Notes under the pieces: model-generated
Told to the model about the DNA's origin: nothing
The model's database searches: none
The model's input: the letters and a program-made list of their open reading frames with translations, nothing else
IMG/VR virus record: IMGVR_UViG_3300042868_005339
Length of the DNA stretch: 64,000 nucleotides
Strand: one strand, 5' to 3'
From: a virus
Shown: positions 49,949 to 58,900 of the stretch, piece after piece
Layout: each line of letters opens with the position of its first letter
How positions within the stretch are numbered: position 1 is the stretch's first letter
Made by a program: the position numbers and the translations under genes

Positions 49949-52900
49949 TTAGCTTGCTGGTGTGTAGCCTCTATAGACCTTCTTTAGCACCCTGTCGCGC
50001 ACGTCGTCAGCTTTGTCCAACAGGAATGCTTTGGCGCGTTCTGTGGGCATCTGGAGCGCACGCTGGCCGTAGCGTAGGAGCATCTGCTTGTAACCCTTTC
50101 CTGTTTCGAGGCTGTAGTTGTCAGCTTCTTCTTGCGTGAGGGAGCGACGACGAGCGCCTTTGCCAACCATGCGGTGTTCGGCATTAGCAGGAGTCAGCCA
50201 GATTCCACGGGAAATGAGAGCGCCGAGAACCTTGTAAGCTGGATCAGTTGGTTTCACCATGAACTCGCGGCTTCCAGGATACACATTGCGTTGGATTTGC
50301 TGGCCCAAGATGTCGTAGTACTCCTTGCCTTCGTAGCGACGATAAACAGGAATGTGTGAGGCTGTCTTCTCCCACAGTGTTTCGTATTTACGCAGATTTG
50401 GATCTTGCGCGTAGTCGATGTCCTTCAGGAATCGAGGAACGAAACCGCCAGCGTAGCTCGACATCACCTTGGCAAAACGCTCCATGCGCTTCTCGTTGGG
50501 GTCTTTACTGGACAAGCTGTTGCCGAATAGCTCTTGGAACTGAGAAAGAGCAGGAATATCAGCGGCAGCAGCAGCACCAGACATTGCGGCACTTGCCATA
50601 ATTTGAACCACGTTTTTGTCGTTCCATTGGTCTGGTGAGAAGCGGATTAGATCAGCCAAGCTACCAATAGCTGCAAGCGCAGATGAAATGGGCCAGTTAG
50701 CATAACTAAATACTGTGTCATTGTATCCAATGGTGTACTCCTTCTCGCCAGCGGCTAGCTTTTGCTGCTTCTTTTCCGGTGTAAGGTTTCCCCATCCTCC
50801 GTTGATAAACAAGCCGCCTCGTTTTTCGTCATCTGGTTCTTCTGCAATAGCTTTAAGTAAGTAGTAGCCACCAACGGATAGTATCACTCCAACAAGCTGA
50901 TTGCGTTGAATTGAGTCAATGAATGCTTCTTTTCCAATGATGCGATCAGGATCAAATTCAGCCTCGAATGCACGAGCGAAACCAATGCCCGGAATGAAGC
51001 TCAGACCTTGGTTGAATTTGTTTCCAGCGAAGCGTGCGAAGCGAACACCACCAAAGTTGGCTACATTATATGCAGAGAACTGCATAAGATAGGCGAATGC
51101 CAACTCAAGTCCAGAAAGAATCCTATCGCCATTCTGTGCTGAGTCACTCCATCCGCGTTGAGCTTGCTTTAGGAATCTATCAGAACCAGCTTCAGCATTG
51201 GTCACAAGCGATCTGATCGCACGATAGCCGACACCTCCAAGTCCAGACGGTTCAAGCGTCATGGCACCTTGCATTGCCATTTGGTTAGCGTTCTCAGACA
51301 CTTTGCCAAACTTATCCAATTCCTTCATCATGTCTGCCAAAGCGTAGGAATCCACGATTGCCTTATCATGCAATGATTTTGGAGGTGTGCCACCGAAGTC
51401 TTTCTGAATAATGGCATCCTTGTAAGGCTTCAGGTCCGATTTCTTCTCAAGTGCTGCGATCTTTTCTGGATCGAGTCCAATTTGTCGGAATACGATGGAA
51501 AGCGAGCCTTCCTTGGTTAGTCCGCCATTGAACACGTCAAGAGCTTTCAGCAAACGGCTAACAGTCCGCATAAACAAGCCTGCGCTCTTAACGAGAATCT
51601 TATCAGACTTCGCCATTTGCTCTGCTAATTGGTTACTCTTGCCGATATTTGCCCACTGCATGTTCTCAGTCACATCATTCATGGATGGATCAAGAAACAC
51701 TGGATCACCCGTCACAAGGTATTGCCAAGCGATGTTGGCTTGACGACCAAAAGCACTCAATAATCGAGCTAACGTCTTGTATGCGCCAGCAAGCTCAGAT
51801 GGAAGCTGCTTTGGATTGGTAAATCCAGAGATGAACACGCGAGACAATGCCGTGGAAAGCTCGAATGCACCGCTGGCAACAGCCAAGCCGATTGAGACGA
51901 TAGTATTTGGACCAGAGAGCACACTGGAAACCCAGAAGTCAGCGATCATCTTTACCACTGGAATCTTGAGTTCGCCTTGCAACACCTCAAGTAGCTTGTA
52001 AGCAGCAACTTGGCGCTTCACAGCGTTCAAACCTTCGTCTTGAAGAACCTCGATAAGCGAATTTATCTTCTCACGCTCCGTCTCGGTGAACTCGGACTTG
52101 ATGCCAAATTTCTCAGCTATGATCTTCGCGATTTCATCGTTGTCGAAGATGCCAAGGTTGATGTCCTCAACGATACGCATGCGATTTTCCTGAAGAGCTT
52201 TAGCAGCTTTTTTGCTGAGATTACCCTTTGCCTCTTGCTCACGGATCAATCGCTCCTGCATGCTGTCGAGAATGCGTTTACGCTTGGATTCCCATGCTTC
52301 CGCGAACAAGTCTGCGAGACGTGCTTTTTGCTCTGGCGTTGCGTTCTTGAGTTCTTCGTTGGCAGAGATGGCGTCAAAGATACGCTGGCGGTATTCTTCG
52401 ACTGTCTTTGCGCTTTGCGAGAGGAGCTGACGCCAAGGGATAGGCGTCCTAAGAGGAATTTCCTCGCCACGGCGCATGTTGTTGATCTCGTTGATCATTC
52501 GTTGCAGGGCTTTGGGGCCTTGCAGAATGTTGAATGCAGCCATTGCTTCGAGATCAGTCTTTTCGCGTTCAGCAGTCTTGAATAGGCGTTCAGCCACATC
52601 AGGTGAAACATCCAATTTAGCGAGGCGTTCAGCAAACTTTGATTTCTCAACTGGATCAGAAACTTGATCCTTGAAAGCCTTGTTAATGGAGTCACCAGAC
52701 GTTGATTTGGATAGGTCTTTGGAACCTTGGCGCAACCTTTCCTCAGTAGAGTAAATAAGTCTGGATGCTTGTTTGTCGGCAATCTCAACTCGGCGCTTCT
52801 CGATTTTGAATTTCTTCATTCGAGCCAAGTCGGAACGCTCTCTGGATGCGGTTAGGAATAAGCGTTCAGAAACCTCTTCACCAACCTTGAGCGCGCCCAG

Positions 52901-55900
52901 TCGTTCTGCGAATTGCTCAAATGATACAGGGTTTTTAACCTGATCTCTAAATGCTCGAATGATGGAGTCTTTTTGCTCCTTTTTTGACATGCCTTCAGGT
53001 GGATTCTTGAATCCTTGGCGATACAATTCCTCAAAGCGATAAACAATTTGAGATGCCTTGTTTTCGGCAATCTCAATTTCGTTGGCGATCTCTTCTGCTG
53101 TTGGCTCAATAGGTTGACCTTCTGCAACACGTTTCTCCACCGTGTCGATGATCTCCTTGCGCTTCTTGCGTTTTTTCTTCTCTGTTGGCGTATCGGTTGG
53201 TGATTCCTCTCCAAGCAACTTGCCCATAATGGAGCGAAATTCAGCCAAGTCTTTTGCCTCTGCCGCATCCGCTTCCTCATCCGACATTTGCAGAATGGCG
53301 TTAAGCTCGCTTCGCTCTGCATCTGTCATGGATGCCTTGGCATTTGCTACCTTCATATCCTTGCGACGTTTGTAGAAAGCAAATCTACGAACCAGCATCT
53401 TTGCCCTTTCCCACAAGGTCTTATCTGCACCTTCAAATACCTGTTCACCTTCTTTGATTAATGCCCACTCATTATTGTTGACGACATCCTGAGCTATCTC
53501 ATCCACCGCCTGCTGATTGGCCTTATCAGAATTCTCATACGAGTTCTGCGTGAGGCTAGTCGCATTCTCGCTTCCGAAGTTGGAAATAAGGATATTTGTT
53601 CTTGCCTCCTTCATCACCTTCTCTGCGATTTCACGAATGAACATCCAGCTATAACGAGCTTTGTTCACAAGATAGCGTCGTTGCCCAAGGTGTTGACCTT
53701 TCTTGCTACCCACGCCTTGCCAGAATGCAGATAGGCGCTCGCTAAGTTTGGATAGTTGCTTCTTTCTATCTGGAGACTTCGCCTCGCGTGCAGCGTTGTC
53801 CACACGTTGACGAACTTCGATAGTGAGGGCGTCTTGGGCCATCAAGTCTTGCTCAATGCCGATGCTTTCAAGGAATGCCGGGGAGATGACTGAGTTGGCA
53901 ATATCATCAAGCGAAACGCCTTCATTCTCAAGGTTGTTGACGTATTTGATGGCATTATCGCTGTATTCTTCAGAAGATTTGATCTCGCGGTCAATTGGCT
54001 TGAAGTTTGTGAACTGAACACCTCCAAACGGAGCCTTAGTTGTGCCACTGTTGATGTCCTTAATATTCTTCGCGAACTGCTTGGTTGCAGCGTCTTCAGG
54101 ATCAATCATAGATGCCCTTGCGCCAGTCTGCTGATAAGCCATCGCCAGCATCATTTCAGTCTCGTTGATACGATTCTTGAGAATATCGCCAAACTCGCCA
54201 GCCTTTGCAGGAGCGATGGCATCACGAATCTTTTGTAGCATTTTCATCACGCGCTCAATGAAGCGGCGGAATAGCGATGCTTCCGAAACTGTTTGGTGCA
54301 TGTCTTGCTGAATCATCTGGCGCACAAACTCGGACATCACTATGCTGATGTTGCCATTTGGAGATGAAAATAGCTCATCAATGTCACTTGGAGTTGCGCC
54401 TGCACCGTAAAGTTGGCGAGATGCTTGAATCGCATCAAAAAGTATCCGTGTTGCTTTTACTGGATCATTGCTTGATGCCACAACCTCCCTCATTTCGTCC
54501 AACATGGATTTATCGCTGTCGATGGCAAATTCAGTAAACGGCTTACGCCTTCCGCTGGCAATCCATGCCTCACGTTGAACTGCAAGATCAGCCGCATGAA
54601 TCAGTTCCTCTACCAAAGCATTGCCAATAGTTTCAAAAGCACTCGCCTCATCTAGGCCGAAGCTGATTCCAGCCATCCGCTCACTAAGTTGTGCGGCATT
54701 GATGAGGATGGTTGTGGCCCCATTTTCATCCGCCATAACAGCCAGTCCACCTCCGATGTCGTTAGAAACTTCCTGAACTCTTGCTCCAATTCTGGACGCA
54801 ATTTGAGCATAATCGGCAAAAGTGTAGCCACCACTTGCCATTCCCATGTCAGGTCTGGCCCCGGCTTTCCCTTCGCGATTTTCCCCTCTTCCTGCAATTG
54901 CCTCACGATTTCTAGAAACTTCTGATTCGACTCTTTGTGCTTGTGGTATGACTCCCTGTACTCCTTCTGGAAGGCCATCGAAGAGTGGTGTCCCGCTATC
55001 AGTCTGTCCAGCCCGGCCAACTCCAGAACCTTGTCGTAAACCTCCACCAAGTCCGGCCTTTTTGCCGGTGTAATTATCCATATTGGCTTCACCAGAGCGG
55101 TCCAATTGAATTGGTAAAGGGATTCGCCCTCCATTGGATATAAAATCCCTGAGTCGAGTAAGTACTGTATCATATAATTCTTGGTTGATTCCTCCAGATG
55201 GAGCCGGATTCGCAGCAGACATACCACGAAGCATGGAAATGACATCATCCTTAGTCATGTCGGTAGGCGGCATGATAATCGCAGAGCCAGCGCGTTCGCC
55301 TTCGGTGGTGAATGTAGCAAATGGAGACTCACCTTCAATCAACAGCGCCCCACTGTCCTCATACAGCCCTTGCAGGATGCGGCTGAACTCGGTTTCCGTC
55401 AGATCAGGCATCGACTGCTTCACGATGCTGAAAAGCTCGTCTAGCGGCACCGATGGACCATTTGTCTTCGGAGCAATATCGTATGCTGCGCGAATAGTAG
55501 AACGCACTTCCTTGTCGCGTTCGTCGTAGTCAGTGTTGCGAGCTACTTCAGCGCCACTGTTGAATGCGGCATCATTAGGGGAGTCGTATTCGACTTTGGA
55601 TGCCATTGGCTGTGAGGCAGATTCCAACTCGTTCATTAGCGCGTTAACTTCGCTAATCTCGTCTTGTAAACGCTTGCCAACTTGGCCGTTTTTAGCCATT
55701 GTAAGAGCGGTTTTAAGAGCATTCGTAATATCAGTCAGCAATGCCTTCATCGCCTCAACAAAGCGCATCCATCCAGTCTCGGTGGTGAAGTCTTGACGCT
55801 TAAATTGAAGTAACTGCCTGCCAACTTCCATAGCAAAAGCTGGTGCGTTTTTAGACTGTGCTAAACTTTGAAGAATTACCTGAATGTCATTTGTTGGTGA

Positions 55901-58900
55901 CTGTGGATTATAAATATTCCACGCGGTAACAATAACATTAGCCGCTTTTACATCGCCATTTTTCAAGCCATCAGCAGCAGCTTGATACATCTCAGAAAGC
56001 ATTTCTGTGTATTGCTTTACTTCAAAATCTTCAAACTCGCCAACTGATCCATTATCCTGCCACAGCTTGTATGTATTAAGATGTTGAGCGGTGTGAATGA
56101 TCTCCTCCTGAGCCACATCATATATGAAGGCAAAGGCGGTTGTTGCGTCTGAGTTTTGCAACTGAACTAAACCTCTAGTGTCGAATCGCACTTCAATTGA
56201 GGGATTAGCTCCCGCAATGAATAAACTAGCTGGTCTGCCTTCATTTGTCCTTTTGTTGGTAATGCGAACAGGAAGTAACGTGGCATCGAAGGAATAACGC
56301 GACGAAATGGCCTCAAGTCCAAAGTCTTCCATAGCCTTCGCCCTCTGAGTTGGCGAAAGCTCATTCCAGTTTGACTCTGAAACAGCTTTTCGTATTGCCT
56401 GCGCTCTTGGAGAGTTGTCTCCTGTCGAAACTCCCTCCATGCGCTGGCTACCATATCCCTCGGATGCGTAAGGACGAACTGATGTATCATAAGTTTCATA
56501 TTTGGTTTTTCCACCATTCACCAGAATATCGGCATTCACCTTCTCCGAGTTCTTCAAGCTATTGCGAATCAAGCGTAAAACGTCCTTGTAGTCCTTCAGC
56601 GTAGGCTCGCTCGTCTTGCCAGTGATCTTCTGCCAGATGCCACGCAGGAATTGCATGAACTCTGCCAAAATGCCATCACGCGGGATTTCAACCATCGAGT
56701 CGAAGTCGCGAGTCATCGCTTCTTCAAGGATGCTGAAGTAGCTCACCTGATTCGTGCGCCAATCAGAGTATTCGCTGTAGGATTCAGCAAGCGAATCAAG
56801 CTCCTGTGGAGAGTACATCCGGCGCAGGAACGAGAAAATCTGCATCTTCTCCTTCATCGACAAGAAGAACATGCCTTTGTGGATATTCTCATGAAGAATA
56901 ACGCGACGAACCGCCGCTACTTCTGGCGTAGTGCCTTGAAGATTGGCTAGCTTGCGATCAAGATCGGATACACCTACGTTGTCCGTGAAGACAATCGGCT
57001 GTCCATTTTCAGACATGCCTTCGATTTTTGAGTTGGCGCTTACTGCTGCCCAAGTCTCAGGATAGCGAACGCGATTAGCTGGATCAGCAAGGAAGTCCTT
57101 AGATGTGCCAATCCAGGTGAATAGCACATTTGGAATCTCGCCTGAACGATTGAGAATCGCGACAGCTTGATTGGCATCGGTTGGATTAACGGTGCCTTGA
57201 ACGACGTTCGTGCGTGTTTTCTGAATGAGCGAGTTGAGCGTCTTGAGGTTTAGCTCATCGCGCTTCTTTTGTGCGGCTTCCGCCTTGGCCTGCTCCTTCT
57301 CGTCACGCTCGATTTCTTTGGCGAGCTTGGCATCGGCTGCATCACGCTTAGCTTGAGCTTCTGACGCTTCCTTATCAGCTTTGAGATAGGCTTGAACAAT
57401 CGGACGAGAGCCAACGAGTTTGGGAAATGCAGCACGAAGCACATCCATGTCTTTGCCACCGCTAGCGAAGTAGGCTTTTGCGGCAGCGATCTTTTCTGGA
57501 CTCCATTGCCTTTTGCTCTCGATCAAATCCTCTTCCAAGAACGCCATTGCGGCATCTGCAATGTCCGCTTTTTCGTTTGACTCTATGGCAGTTGTAGCAG
57601 ATTCTTGCTCAAAAGCAGGGATCGACCCCTCTGCTGGTTGTTGAACAACACTGGCTACCGCCGCTTCCTTAGCCAAGGGAGCGGCGGTTTCTGTTGGTGT
57701 GGCTACCGTTGTGGTTTGGGGGGATTCTTGAGTGGAATTGTCTTTAGTCCATGCCGCAAAGTCGTGCTCAGTCTTTGTTACTTTGAAAATGCTATCGCCA
57801 TCGCCTTTTTCGAGAACGAAATCATTGCCTCTCTTTTTTGGAATGTAGCCATCCTGCACCATTTGGGATACCACATCTGCCTTGGTACCAGAGTATATTT
57901 TCCCTGCCGACTGACTACGGCGTGAAGCTGGTTGAGACAATACGCTTACAGCTTTTTCAGCAGACACACCCTTCATTCCTAAGTCTTGAGCGAACTTTCT
58001 AGGAACCTCTTCTTGAGAGGCTTTCTTCTCGGCTTCCTGTCGCTCCTTATTCTTGAGGTCTTCGATAGATTTTGCGCGAGATTGAGAATTTTTACGTTCA
58101 ATCTCTCCAGCTTTCAATGCTTCCTCTTCCGTATCAAAAAGGTAGTCTCCAAATCCGCGTTTATTGGAAGTCTGAACTGCCCACTGTGGCTGATTGTTAA
58201 GTTTAGTCTGGTAAACAGAACCAATGCCTACCTCTTGGCCTTTTTCTGCACCACTATCTTTGGTGGTGGATGCTGCGGGTTCGGCGGCTTGTACGCTGCC
58301 TGAAGGAGTATCTTGAATTGGGGGCGCTTCATTAGTCGGCTGGAAAACGTAGAGGTCGCCTTGCTTGACGTAGCCTTGTGGAAGTTTGATGCCGTAGGTG
58401 TCAACGGCGGCGGCGGAGACTGGTTTGCTGTCACTGGTGGCTAGTAATATAAGGTGTTGATGAGTAATGCCAGCGCCCCACTTGCCCTTTGAAATCTGAG
58501 CCACCTCATACATGTCCGACAGTGGAACATTATACTTGTCTGTAATATTCCTGAATGCATCTCGATCCTTGCGAGAATCAACCCAACTATTCAGGCTTTC
58601 TTGGGCGGCATCGCGAGTCTTTTGAACATTGATCGTTACGTCGTTTGCCTTTTTTGGGAGTGTTAAAGCCTCCTCCGGCGTCATCTGCTCCGGCTTCGTC
58701 ACATCCCGCTCAATGGCGCTGCCTCCCGGCATGACCGTGCCTTCGGTAGCGGGCGTCGGCGTCCCTTGCGGGGTGATTGGTGGAGCTACTTCTTCTTGGA
58801 TTTGACCTTCTGCGGCAACTTCTTGAGGCTGGGCGTTTCCTTCACCCAGTCCTTGCAGTTCCATTTCGGGTCTTTCTTGGCGTAGCAAGCCTTCATCTGT